Part shown: positions 1 through 9,416 of the stretch, piece after piece
How positions within the stretch are numbered: position 1 is the first letter of the stretch
Layout: every line of letters begins with the position of its first letter
Assembly: GCA_021791815.1 (NCBI GenBank)
Contig: JAJYVV010000001.1
Coordinates: 1 to 56,384 of the forward strand
Source of the DNA: Bacillota bacterium
Lineage (GTDB): Bacteria; Bacillota; Sulfobacillia; RBS10-35; JAJYVN01
DNA length: 56,384 bases
Reading direction: 5' to 3'
Made by a program: the position numbers and the translations under genes
Notes under the pieces: generated by a model
Told to the model about the DNA's origin: nothing
What the model saw: only the letters and a program-made list of their open reading frames with translations
The model's database searches: none

Positions 1-198
1 CCGGCCGGGGCCGGTCGGGGCGGCGCGGCGGACTCGGGGCGCCGGACCCGGCGCGGACCACCGAGGCGCGCTGCAGCACCGGTCGCCCTCCAGGGGGGCG
101 GGGTCGGGGGCGCGCCGGCGGCGGCCGCAGCGTCCCCGCTCGCCGGAGACCCTATGCCCGTCTCCCCGGGGCCATGAGGGCGCACGTGGTGTCAGCCG

Positions 199-741
199 TT
201 GCGCGCTTTGCCTGCCCAACCGCGACATCCGCTGTCTTGCCACTCGGGCGCTTCCACCTTCGGGGAGGGCGCGGGCCAGCCGTCGCCCTTGTGGACGGCG
301 GCACAGCGGGCTTCGGTGGCCGCCTACCAGGTCTTCCTGGCCTCCGTGGACGGGCGTGCCGCCCTGGCCCGCGGCCGCGCGCAGGCACGCGCGGCCCTCA
401 GCCACGACGACGCCCGGGAACTCGCGCTGGTCCCCGCGATGGACCACGGCGGCCGGCCCCTGTGGGACGTTCTGGAGGATCTGGCGCCGCTGGCCGGGGA
501 TCTGGGCCCGGAGTGGGCCACGGTGGTGGCGGGGGCCGTGGGCGCGTTGAGGTACGATGCACAGGAGCCGGCCGACCGATCACGGCTCCTGGACGTGCTG
601 GGACGCCTGCCAGGAACGGCCGGGCGCCTCAACGAGGCGTGGACCCACCGCCCCGTTGAGGCGCCCAAGACATGCCCCCTGCTTGGGCTCGCCCGTGGCC
701 GATGGGCACCGGAAGGCCGCGGAGCCTGCGGGCCGCCGTAG
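199..741 (+). CDS. hypothetical protein (start uncertain)
   Basis: Open frame with strong G/C third-position bias and non-repetitive, Leu/Asp/Glu-containing sequence (..LWDVLEDLAPLAGDLGPEWATVVAGAVGALRYD..). Overlapping frames are Arg/Pro/Gly shadow ORFs. No family recognised. Confidence 0.35.
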   Translation: MRALPAQPRHPLSCHSGASTFGEGAGQPSPLWTAAQRASVAAYQVFLASVDGRAALARGRAQARAALSHDDARELALVPAMDHGGRPLWDVLEDLAPLAGDLGPEWATVVAGAVGALRYDAQEPADRSRLLDVLGRLPGTAGRLNEAWTHRPVEAPKTCPLLGLARGRWAPEGRGACGPP

Positions 742-1204
742 GCGGTCCGACAGGCCGGCGCGGGACCTTCACCGAGGGCCCCCGCCGGAGCTCTTGATGG
801 GACGCGCCGCGGCGCCCGCCAGGCGGCGCGGGCGTCCGATCGGCCACCGGATCGGCCCGATGGACCCTTGGCAGCCGAATCGACCGCATGCTCCACTCCA
901 TGGGTTGGCGCGGGCACCGGCGGCGGGCGAGGCCCGTGGCCGCCGGCCGCATCCGGAGGGGGTGGTGCCGGGTGCATACCCGCCCCGCGTCCGCCGGGGG
1001 GCCTAGGGGGCTGTTCCGGCAGCCGGGGCCGCCCGTGCGAGGAGGGGAGCGGCGGTGTTCCCCCGCCGATGCGCTCCGCGAGATCCCGCCCACCGCCGGG
1101 GGGAAGGGGGATCGGCGGCGGCTGTCGAGGAGCCTGGCGGACAAGCGTGGGCCCCGGACCGGGTGCCCCCGCAACGATCCCGCAGAGCAGGAGGACACGC
1201 CAGC

Positions 1205-2146
1205 ATGGAATCCCGCGAGCGCATCCAGGCCACCCTGGCCGGGGAAGAGGCCGATCGACCGCCGTTCTGTCTCTGGCACCACTTCCGCCCGGAGGGCTCG
1301 CCCGCCGCGCTGGCGGCCGCCACCGTGGACTTCTTCGGCGGGCTCGGCCTGGATCTGTTCAAGGTCATGCCAGACCTGCCCTATCCCGGCCCGACGCCCG
1401 GCACGATGCGAACCGCCGAACAGTGGTCCACCCTTCCGACTTTGGGCGCCCGTCCCGGCCAGCCTCTGGGCGGCATGCCCGAAGCGGTGGCTGCCGTCCG
1501 CGCGGCCCGCCCGTCGGCCGTGATCCTCGCCACGGTGTTCTCCCCTCTGGCCCTGGCCCTCCGGTTCAGCGGCGGCGCCGAGGCGCTGCGGCGGGCCGCC
1601 AGGGAAAATCCCGGTGCGGTGCGCGCGGGGCTGAGCATCCTGGCCGCCAACGTCGCCGGAGCGTGCGCCGCCTGCCTAGCCGCCGGTGCGGACGGCATCT
1701 TCTTTGCCACGGCCGGCGCCGGCGAGGGGATGCTGTCCGAGGACGCCTACCGCGCCCTGGGCCGGCCCTCCGACCTGCAGGCGCTGGAGGCCTGCGCGCC
1801 CGGATGGTGCAACGTCCTCCACCTGCACGCCGCCTCCGATCTGCACTGGACCTGGATGGCGGACTACCCTGTCCCGGTGTTCTCCTGGAGCGACCGGCGG
1901 ACGGGCGTGCCCCTGCGCGAGCTGTCGGAGGCCCTGCCGGCCAAGGTGCTGATGGGCGGCATCGATGAGACGGGCGCCGTGGTCTCCGGAGATATGACTG
2001 CGCTGGCCGGCGAGATGCGGGACGCGGTCCGACAGACGGATGGCCGCCGCCTCATCCTGGCGGGAGGGTGTTCGGTGCCCGACGACATCGCGCCCCAGCG
2101 GCTTCGCGCGGCTCGCCACCTGGTCTCGCAACTGCTTGGCGGCTGA
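1205..2146 (+). CDS. uroporphyrinogen decarboxylase (URO-D)-like family protein
   Basis: Start trimmed to ATG 1205 (MESRERIQATLAGEE..DRPP..) with AGGAGG 10 nt upstream. The length (313 aa) and layout resemble URO-D/MtaA-like TIM-barrel proteins (..KVMPDLPYP.., ..LAGGCSVPDDI..). Confidence 0.7.
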   Translation: MESRERIQATLAGEEADRPPFCLWHHFRPEGSPAALAAATVDFFGGLGLDLFKVMPDLPYPGPTPGTMRTAEQWSTLPTLGARPGQPLGGMPEAVAAVRAARPSAVILATVFSPLALALRFSGGAEALRRAARENPGAVRAGLSILAANVAGACAACLAAGADGIFFATAGAGEGMLSEDAYRALGRPSDLQALEACAPGWCNVLHLHAASDLHWTWMADYPVPVFSWSDRRTGVPLRELSEALPAKVLMGGIDETGAVVSGDMTALAGEMRDAVRQTDGRRLILAGGCSVPDDIAPQRLRAARHLVSQLLGG

Positions 2147-2342
2147 CGCGGTATGCATTCCTTGCAGGGGACTCCCCCATGCCCGTGCCGGGCGCCAACC
2201 CCGCTATCCTGCGGCTCGGGGGGTCTGGACGGCCGAGTATATGGACACGCCGCCGGTGGGCCACGGCGACACCGCCGGGGAGGCCGCGGCCCCGATCGCC
2301 CGCCACGCCCGGGCCTGGGGGCACGGAAGCGCGAGGCAGGGC

Positions 2343-5300
2343 CTATTCGGGAAGGACTTGCGCGAGGCGGACCGGCCCGAAGAGCCCGCCTGCGCCCTGT
2401 CCGCCTGCCACCAAACTCGTGGGGCGGCCGACCTCGTAGTGCGCCCCCAGCGTGTTGGTCACGCGGACGCGGATGCGGTGCCGCCCCGCGCCCCCAGCGG
2501 GCGGCAGGACAAACCGGAACGGGTGCCAGAGCCGGACCCCGGCGTCGCGGCCGTCCACCCAGACCTGCGCGGTGCCGCGCACGTAGCCCAGGTCGAGCCA
2601 GGCCTGCGCGCCGCCTCCCTCCACCTCCACCTCCGCCTCGTATTCCACGACGCCGCTGTGGTGCGGCAGGTGCAGCGCCGTGCGCCAGTCACCGAGGCTC
2701 CCCGCGGCAGCCGCGCAGCGGAAGCGGACCGGTGCAGAGAGCACCGCGGCCTCGGGGGCGGGTAACGCCGGCTCCACCCGCAGGGCACACACGGTGCCCG
2801 CGGCCTGCGCGGGGAATTCGGCCGTCCCGCCCCGCACCTCCACCTCGGTCCCGCCCACCCAGGCCCGCAGCGGTCCGAGCGCGGCCACGCGGAGGGCCGT
2901 GGCGCCGGCGGGCACCTCAAAGCGCAACCACACGGCCTGGCGGGCGCGGTCGGGATGCAGCAGGAACGGCAGGGGAGGTGGGGTGGCGACGGCCTCGGGC
3001 ATCAGCCAGCCGACGCCGGGCAAGGGGTGCGGGCGCGGTCGGATCCAGAGGCCTTCGCTGCTGCCCGCGGCCACGACCCGGACGGCCCGGCCGCCCGCCG
3101 CGTCCGTCCACTCCGGTCCCGTGGAAAGCCCGTGCCGGGAACCGTCGGCGAGGATCACCTCCCCGTCCAGCAGCGCGCAATCATCGCGTCCGCGCTCAGG
3201 GAAGCGCAGGACGACATCGTTGGCCCCGTCGCGCCAGAGGGGGGCGACGTCCAGTTCCTCCTGTCCGGAACGGGTGTATGGGTTGAAGTCGCCCTGCACG
3301 GCGGCGCGGCGTCCGTTGACGATAAGCTGCACATGACCCTGAGCGGCGAACGACAGCCGGACGCTGCGCGCTCGCCCGGCCGTCGCCAGCCGTCGCCGCA
3401 GTTCCCATTCGCCGCCCGCGGCCGGCGGACGCACGGCCACCCACTCCGGCAGCGCCTCCGGCTCTCCCGCCGTCACCTGCACGCCCAAGCGCACGACCCC
3501 GTCGCGCAGCGCGGTGCACCGCAGCAGCAGGTCGTGGATCCCGCGGCGCAGCGCCACCGGGGCCGCGACCGCGTACCCGCCCCCGGCGCCGGCCTCGATG
3601 ACGGGGGCGCCCCCCACGTCGGCCGCCTTGATGGCCACGCCCTCGACCTGCAGCCAGTATTCGCCGTCGTCCGGCACCACGACGTGTGTGAAGGCCCACA
3701 CGACCTCGCCCGGCCGCGCGCGCCCCAGGTCCAGGAAGGCGCGCGGCACGCGGCCCATGCGTCCGGCCCAGTCGCGCCAGCCCATGTCACCCAGCGAGGT
3801 GCTGTACACCACGGGGCGGCCCGCGGACGGATCCCAGTGCTCGCCCCGGCCGGCGAGCCAGTGGGCCGCTTCGCTCCAGAGGCGCTGCGGCCACTCCCGG
3901 TCATCGCAGGCCGGCAGATGCCAGCCCGCCTTCTCCCCGTCTCCCGCCGTCGTTTCGGCCTGCACCCGGAAGTGCCGCCGTTCAATGGGCAGGAAAGCGC
4001 TGGCGCCGTGGAGGTCGAAGTCGCCGAAGCGGTTGTCCAGGGTGGATTCGGCCCGCACGCGCCAGATCGCGGGCGGCAGCTCCCGGACGCTCGCCGCTGC
4101 CCCGGCCTCCGGCCAGCCCACGCGGGCGGGCCCGACCCGGCCGAAGGCCTCCGGGACCTCCGTTGCGGCAGGCGCCGAGCCCGCTGCCCCCTCCGGGGCG
4201 CAGACCACGAGGGCCGCGGGCCAGTCGGCGAACGGTACCTGCACCACGACACGATCGCCCTCGCGCGTGTGCGGCAGGGGACGCTGGCCCCCGCTGACCG
4301 GATCCCGCAGCTCCGGCCGTCCCGCCGTTCGCAGGCGGTATGTGGCCTCGGCCGGAAGGGCAGGGGGCGCCGCGCTGGCGGCGTGCATCGGCAGCAGCGC
4401 CTCCGCGGGCGGTAGGAGGAGAAAGACATCGGCGTCGCCCACGCGCCGCGCCAGCCCCAGGCCGGGCCCGTCCACCCGGCGCGGGGCGGTCTGCGCCAGC
4501 GCGGCGGGCACCTCGGCCGGCGAGGCCACGCGCATCGCGCCCGCAGGCAGCGGCACGTCATCGCCGAACCCGACGGCCACGAGCAGGCCGCCGCCGGCCG
4601 CGAAGGACTCCAGGCATGCCAGCCCCTCCCGCTCCGGCGGGGCCGCCGGTAGGATCACCACACGGTACCGCTCCTGAGCGACGCAGAGAGCGCCGGGCTC
4701 GACGCGGCCCGAGGCCAGCGCGGTGTCGTCCAGGAGGTCGAAGTCCCTGCGGTCGGCGCGCAGGATGCCCGGTGCCGCCTCGTGCCGGGCCTGGTGCCCC
4801 GCCAGCGCCCAATACACCTCGCGGATGTGGCGGACGTCGCCGTCCGGGTCGCGCCCGGCCGCCGCCCGGGGATGCTCTCCGGTCCGCCGGTCGCCTGGTG
4901 ACATGTGCTCCCAAACGGCATGGCCCGGGTAGTACACGGCGAGATCGCAGAGGTGGTGCCCCTGGGCCAGCAGCCCGCACACCCGGGCCACGGTGTCCGC
5001 GAAGACGGGATAGTGCTCCGCGTATGGCTGGCGCCAACCGGTATCGGGCGGCGCCCACTCCCACCACCCGCCGCGCGTGCTGTAGTAAACGGCATGGGGG
5101 TCGAAGAGGGTGACGCCGGCCTGCAACCACGGCAGCAGCCAGTGCAGGGTCTCCTCCACGGTCCCGCCCCAGCCGCTGGAGTGAAAGCCCTCCAGCCAGA
5201 CCCGGCGTCCCCCGTGCGTGTGGACCAGCGAGGAATGCGGCTTGGCCTCCCCGTCCATGTCGCTGCCGGGGGCGGAGAAATGCCGGTGGGTCCGGAAGTA

Positions 5301-6158
5301 GTCGAGGTACAGGCGCTGGGCGCCGTGCGGGTCCACTGTCCGGCCTGGACCGGCCTGGTCGCAGCCCAGCAGCATCCCGTGGCGGTCGTGCCAGGCGCCG
5401 AGCGGGCGGAAGAACGCCGCCTCGGCCGCCTCCGCCAACAGGCCGTAAAAGCGGCGGCGCGCCTCCCCGGCCCCGGCACCCCGTTCAAAGAGCAGGGGCA
5501 GGCGGTCGAGCAGTTCCTCGCCATAGCGCTCGCGATACCGGGCGGGAAGGGACGGCGTCCAGGTCGGCATGGGCTGCAGCTCATCCTGGAAGCTGCCGGC
5601 GATCACCCGCCCCAGGCGGTCCCCGCAGCGCCGCTCCATCTCGCCGTGGATGCGGTCCAACAGGGCGCCGGCCGCCACGGGGTCGAGCCAGTCGAAGCCC
5701 TGGCGCAGCGTCGCGTAGTGCTGGCCATGCACCGTGGCCACGACGGTGGCGTCGGGTGGAGGGTCCTGCCCGGCCGGGAACCGTCGCAGTTCGTACCCGG
5801 CGAAATCCGGTTGCTCGGCCACGAGCCGGGCGGGGAAGTTGGCGCCCGAGAACCCGATCTGGTCGTAGTACCAGAGGAACATGCCGAGCCGCTCTGCCTC
5901 ATCCAGGGCGCGGGTGAACAGCTCCCACCAGCGTTCGGAGTAGAAGGGCGGGGCGTCGCCGGCGCAGCCGTAGGTCGGGCCGGACGGCGCCAGGTTGATC
6001 ACGCAGAGGTTGCGCAGCCCCGCCCCCCGCAGCCGCTGCAGTTGCCAGCGCAGCCGCTCCTCGGTGACGGGTTCCCCGCTCCACCACCACAGGGGCACCG
6101 GACCGTATCGCGCATCCGGGACCGCGAAGCCACGACGCAGGCCGTGCAACCCGGCCAC
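2343..6158 (-). CDS. large glycoside-hydrolase-like protein (1271 aa), family not resolved
   Basis: GTG start with GGAGGGGAG just upstream. The N-terminus (PLWWWSGEPVTEERLRWQLQRLRGAGLRNLCV..SERWWELFTRALDEAERLGMFLWYYDQ) is typical of TIM-barrel glycosidase-like proteins. C-terminal galactose-binding-like beta-sandwich segments are present (..GTAQVWVDGRDAGVRLWHPFRF). It lies 36 bp downstream of the GH38 gene. Confidence 0.7.
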   Translation of the reverse strand: MAGLHGLRRGFAVPDARYGPVPLWWWSGEPVTEERLRWQLQRLRGAGLRNLCVINLAPSGPTYGCAGDAPPFYSERWWELFTRALDEAERLGMFLWYYDQIGFSGANFPARLVAEQPDFAGYELRRFPAGQDPPPDATVVATVHGQHYATLRQGFDWLDPVAAGALLDRIHGEMERRCGDRLGRVIAGSFQDELQPMPTWTPSLPARYRERYGEELLDRLPLLFERGAGAGEARRRFYGLLAEAAEAAFFRPLGAWHDRHGMLLGCDQAGPGRTVDPHGAQRLYLDYFRTHRHFSAPGSDMDGEAKPHSSLVHTHGGRRVWLEGFHSSGWGGTVEETLHWLLPWLQAGVTLFDPHAVYYSTRGGWWEWAPPDTGWRQPYAEHYPVFADTVARVCGLLAQGHHLCDLAVYYPGHAVWEHMSPGDRRTGEHPRAAAGRDPDGDVRHIREVYWALAGHQARHEAAPGILRADRRDFDLLDDTALASGRVEPGALCVAQERYRVVILPAAPPEREGLACLESFAAGGGLLVAVGFGDDVPLPAGAMRVASPAEVPAALAQTAPRRVDGPGLGLARRVGDADVFLLLPPAEALLPMHAASAAPPALPAEATYRLRTAGRPELRDPVSGGQRPLPHTREGDRVVVQVPFADWPAALVVCAPEGAAGSAPAATEVPEAFGRVGPARVGWPEAGAAASVRELPPAIWRVRAESTLDNRFGDFDLHGASAFLPIERRHFRVQAETTAGDGEKAGWHLPACDDREWPQRLWSEAAHWLAGRGEHWDPSAGRPVVYSTSLGDMGWRDWAGRMGRVPRAFLDLGRARPGEVVWAFTHVVVPDDGEYWLQVEGVAIKAADVGGAPVIEAGAGGGYAVAAPVALRRGIHDLLLRCTALRDGVVRLGVQVTAGEPEALPEWVAVRPPAAGGEWELRRRLATAGRARSVRLSFAAQGHVQLIVNGRRAAVQGDFNPYTRSGQEELDVAPLWRDGANDVVLRFPERGRDDCALLDGEVILADGSRHGLSTGPEWTDAAGGRAVRVVAAGSSEGLWIRPRPHPLPGVGWLMPEAVATPPPLPFLLHPDRARQAVWLRFEVPAGATALRVAALGPLRAWVGGTEVEVRGGTAEFPAQAAGTVCALRVEPALPAPEAAVLSAPVRFRCAAAAGSLGDWRTALHLPHHSGVVEYEAEVEVEGGGAQAWLDLGYVRGTAQVWVDGRDAGVRLWHPFRFVLPPAGGAGRHRIRVRVTNTLGAHYEVGRPTSLVAGGQGAGGLFGPVRLAQVLPE

Positions 6159-6194
6159 GCTCCCCTCCGCCCGGCGAAGTCCGCGCCCGCCCCG

Positions 6195-8822
6195 TCAGGG
6201 CGCCGCGGCGTCCCCCGCGCGCTCCAGCCACAGCCGCAGCGTGGCCAGGCGCCGTGGCCCGAGTTCCAGGCGCAGCGTGCCATCGTCGCCCAGCGGCACG
6301 ATTTCCCGCAGCGCCCCGGGCAGGTCAGCAAGCCCCGCGCGGCGGATAGCCAGCAGCGCCGGCCCTAGGACGGCCTCGGCCGGCGCGTCGCTGGCGTTCA
6401 GCAGCCGGAGCAGCACCGAGCCGTCGGCGGGGTCGGGGCGCATGGTCAACAGCAGGACGGGAGGCTCCGGCAGCCGCAGCAGGCTACCGCGGGCCGGCAG
6501 GGGCCTCGTCCCGGCGCGCGGCTCGCCCAGGTGTTGAAATACGGGCGGCAGGGCGGCCTCCAGGCCGAAGCGATGGGCCGCGGCCTCATCGAATCCGCCG
6601 GCATGCGGCCGCAGCACAAAGCGCGCCCGGACCGGCCCGGGCTGGCTGGCCCGGAAGTTGGTATGCCAGTAGTTGTTGGTGGGCCAAGCGAGAAGCCAGG
6701 GAGCCTCCAGTTGGAATCGGCGCCGGTCGCCGCCGAAGGTGAAGCCCCCGAACTGCCACAGCGGCGTGTCGGGACAGGCCACGGTCACTCCGGCGTCGGC
6801 GCCGGTCAGGTCCACCCAGTTCTGCACGCTGTAGAAGTCACGGCAGGCCCCGGGGATCTGGTCTTGCTCGGGACGGACCGCCTGACCGCCGGCGTCGTAG
6901 CGCACCTCCGCGCCTGGCAGCGCGAAGGGGAACACCAGATACGTCGCCTCGGGCGTGGGGGTGTCCTCCATGTGCCACCGCGACTCCAGCCGGATCTCAT
7001 CGGACCCCTCGACCATCGTGACCGTCTGGACCAGGTCTCGTACGCCGGGTGCCTCCAAGCGCTGCACCACGGACACCCCGATCGCGGTGTGCTCGACCCG
7101 ATGGCCCGTCAGGCGCTGCGGGCCGCGGCGCTCGGCCGGCCAGCCGGGGTGCCAGCCGCGCTCGCTCTCCGTGGGCGATGCCGACCGGGGCCAGGACCAG
7201 ATGGACTCCCGGCCGTTCCCGGCGGAACCCGCCGGGCGCTCGTGCACAAACCCGTGCAGGGGCCAGGGGCTGCTCTGGTCGACCAGTTCGCGGTCGAGGT
7301 CCTGGAAGGAGCGGATCCCGCCCCGCCGCATGTCGAATTGCAGCCGGAAGCGCCCGCAGGACACCACCTCCGCGTCCCCGAGCCGCGCCTGGCCCGCCGC
7401 CCGGAGGCTCGCGGCGGGCACCACCGCGTACCCCAGGGCCGGCACCTCGACGGGCGGCAGGGTGGCGGCGACCCCGCGGCCGGCACGATCCTGGAAGTGG
7501 CGGGCGGCGGACGGGTCGGCGGCGCTGCCGCGCTGTGCGGAGGCCCGCCATTCCGGGACCGGGCCGGATACGCGGCGGGCATGCCCCGCAGGATTGAAGA
7601 CCAGCAGGGCGTCCTCCGGAGTGACCGCGACGTGGCGCGCCAGTTCAGCTACGGCGTCGCGCTGCAGCAGGACGCTCAGGCTGCGCGCCGTCCAGGCGTA
7701 GGCCGCCTTGTGGTGCCACTGCGCCACGGTGTCCTCGTCATCCGGGCGGCCGACGCTGCAGTCCGCGCCCCAGGTGTGCTCGTCCCACAACTGGAGGGCC
7801 GACGCGGCACGGGCCCGCGTACCGGGGGCGGCACGGCGGGCGGCCTCCCGGACGGGGGCGACAACCGCCAGAGCGGTTTCCGCCCGGTCTGCGGCCTGCA
7901 GCCGCCCCCGGCTGGCACGGTTGACCGCGGTCTCCAGGGCGCTGGATCCCGCACCGAAGTTCCAGAAGTCCGTCCAGTCGCCCCGCCAGACCGGCAGGCT
8001 CGCGCTGTACGGCGCCACTGCCCGCCACCAGTCCGCGGGCGTGGCCAGCACCAGCCGGGGCGCGCGTCTGGAGGCATTCCAGGCCCGGACGAAAGCCGGC
8101 AACTCCGGCAGCGCCGGGCCGTTGTCGCCGAATCCGCTGAACAACTGCAGCATCACCATGGGCAGCGGGGAACCCAACCCCGCCAGGTACTCAGCGAGCT
8201 GCGGCCAGCGCTGGGCCAGGAGCTCGGCGGAGTGCCCGATCCCGACGCTCCAGGCCAAGCCGTAGCTCCAGCCGTGCCAGGCGGGAATCCGCCGCCCGCT
8301 GGGTCCCTCCCAGAGGAAGGCGCCGGGCCGGCCCGGCGGGGCGCCTCCGTGGTCGGTGTTGATGGCCATGCTGAAGGCTTCGATGCCCGCGTCGAGCAGG
8401 ACGTCCACCAGCGGCCAGTTTTCCCCGTTGACGTCGCTGTTCATGGCATGGCGGACCGGCACGCCGAACTCCGCGCGGAGCCGGCGCAGGGGCTCCAGGG
8501 ACTCGGCCAGCTCGGCCGTGTCGAACAGCGGCGTGACGTTGACGGGCATGGCCGTGACCTCGACGCGGCCCAGCCGGCACAGGTCGGCCAGCAGGCGCAG
8601 GCGGGCTGGAGGCGCGGTCTCCATCCAGCGGAGCAGGGGAGCCGTGGTCTCCACCGTCCAGCGGAAGGGGTCGTCCCCCTCGCGGTCGGCATCCCGGGCG
8701 CAGAGATCGACCGCCTCGTCCAGGAAGCGCCGGTACAGGTCCCACACCACCGGCTGGTCGTGGGTGTAGCCGACGTCGGTGTGGCTGTGGTGGATGAGGT
8801 ACACGGTCTCGATACCGGCCAT
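6195..8822 (-). CDS. GH38 alpha-mannosidase
   Basis: N-terminus trimmed to ATG 8822 (MAGIETVYLIHHSHTDVGYTHDQP..). The HSHxD metal-binding signature and overall GH38 layout are present. The upstream 94 codons of the track ORF are Arg-rich and non-coding-like. Confidence 0.85.
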   Translation of the reverse strand: MAGIETVYLIHHSHTDVGYTHDQPVVWDLYRRFLDEAVDLCARDADREGDDPFRWTVETTAPLLRWMETAPPARLRLLADLCRLGRVEVTAMPVNVTPLFDTAELAESLEPLRRLRAEFGVPVRHAMNSDVNGENWPLVDVLLDAGIEAFSMAINTDHGGAPPGRPGAFLWEGPSGRRIPAWHGWSYGLAWSVGIGHSAELLAQRWPQLAEYLAGLGSPLPMVMLQLFSGFGDNGPALPELPAFVRAWNASRRAPRLVLATPADWWRAVAPYSASLPVWRGDWTDFWNFGAGSSALETAVNRASRGRLQAADRAETALAVVAPVREAARRAAPGTRARAASALQLWDEHTWGADCSVGRPDDEDTVAQWHHKAAYAWTARSLSVLLQRDAVAELARHVAVTPEDALLVFNPAGHARRVSGPVPEWRASAQRGSAADPSAARHFQDRAGRGVAATLPPVEVPALGYAVVPAASLRAAGQARLGDAEVVSCGRFRLQFDMRRGGIRSFQDLDRELVDQSSPWPLHGFVHERPAGSAGNGRESIWSWPRSASPTESERGWHPGWPAERRGPQRLTGHRVEHTAIGVSVVQRLEAPGVRDLVQTVTMVEGSDEIRLESRWHMEDTPTPEATYLVFPFALPGAEVRYDAGGQAVRPEQDQIPGACRDFYSVQNWVDLTGADAGVTVACPDTPLWQFGGFTFGGDRRRFQLEAPWLLAWPTNNYWHTNFRASQPGPVRARFVLRPHAGGFDEAAAHRFGLEAALPPVFQHLGEPRAGTRPLPARGSLLRLPEPPVLLLTMRPDPADGSVLLRLLNASDAPAEAVLGPALLAIRRAGLADLPGALREIVPLGDDGTLRLELGPRRLATLRLWLERAGDAAAP

Positions 8823-9129
8823 GCAGCGCCCCCCACGGGCGGAGCGTCCGGCGGCGCCGCGCCTTCCCGGCCAGGCCCCCAGGGAGGCCCGGGCGTGCCG
8901 CAGCCGCGATGCGCGTCGACTCCTTCGCGCCGCACGGGTACGCCGGGCATCCCGCCCTCCCCTGCGCGCCAGCGCTGCACCGAACGGTCCGAACACGGGG
9001 CGGGACGGGCGCGGCCGAGGGACCGCCGGGCCGCCCAGCGCAGGCGCCCTGCCGGGCCCTCGCCGTCTCCACGGCAACCGTGCTGCGCCCCTGTCCCCGG
9101 CCACCCGTCGGCCGGGGGACTACTCCTGC

Positions 9130-9206
9130 GTCCGGCGGTTCGGCCGCCGGACGCGCGATGCGACGCTCGAACAGGCGTCCTGCCGCCGCCGGTGCGCAGG
9201 CAGGAC
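9130..9206. other. two perfect GC-rich stem-loops in a 594-bp non-coding gap
   Basis: GTCCGGCGG-ttcgg-CCGCCGGAC (9130..9152; 9-bp stem) and GTCCTGCC-14 nt-GGCAGGAC (9177..9206; 8-bp stem). No credible ORF lies in 8823..9416. Confidence 0.3.
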
Positions 9207-9416
9207 CCGGATGCCAGATCCAGGTGCACCAGGCGGTACACTGCCGCAGGGGCCGGCCACCCGCGACGGAGCGGGCCCTGGGCGCGCCCGTGCGAGGGAA
9301 CGCGTCCAATCCGCATCCCGCGACGGCGAAGTCGGGAACCATCGCCCCTCCGCCGGGGAGGCGCGAGCAATCGGCCCCGGATCCGGGTCCAGGTAGCCCA
9401 GCGACCCCCGCCCGGG

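Noticed and set aside
742-1204. 460-bp region upstream of the URO-D-like gene, considered as a cobalamin or other riboswitch
   Set aside because: I found no B12-box (GCCACTG-like) or other recognisable riboswitch core by eye. It consists only of GC-rich sequence with short GATCGGCC repeats.
8823-9104. N-terminal 94-codon extension of the GH38 ORF (similar long 5' extensions affect the kinase, DegT, MFS, QOR, GH31 and SpoVR ORFs)
   Set aside because: The extensions are Arg/Pro-rich, lack homology and have no SD. Internal starts coincide with conserved N-termini and GGAGG-type SDs.
9200-9342. Cys/Trp-rich peptide-like stretch (..RQCTAWCTWIWHPGPAC..) downstream of the radical SAM gene, considered as a RiPP precursor
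   Set aside because: The frame has no stop for more than 1 kb and runs out of frame through the GH38 gene. Its composition is that of a shadow ORF. There is no leader or core organisation.
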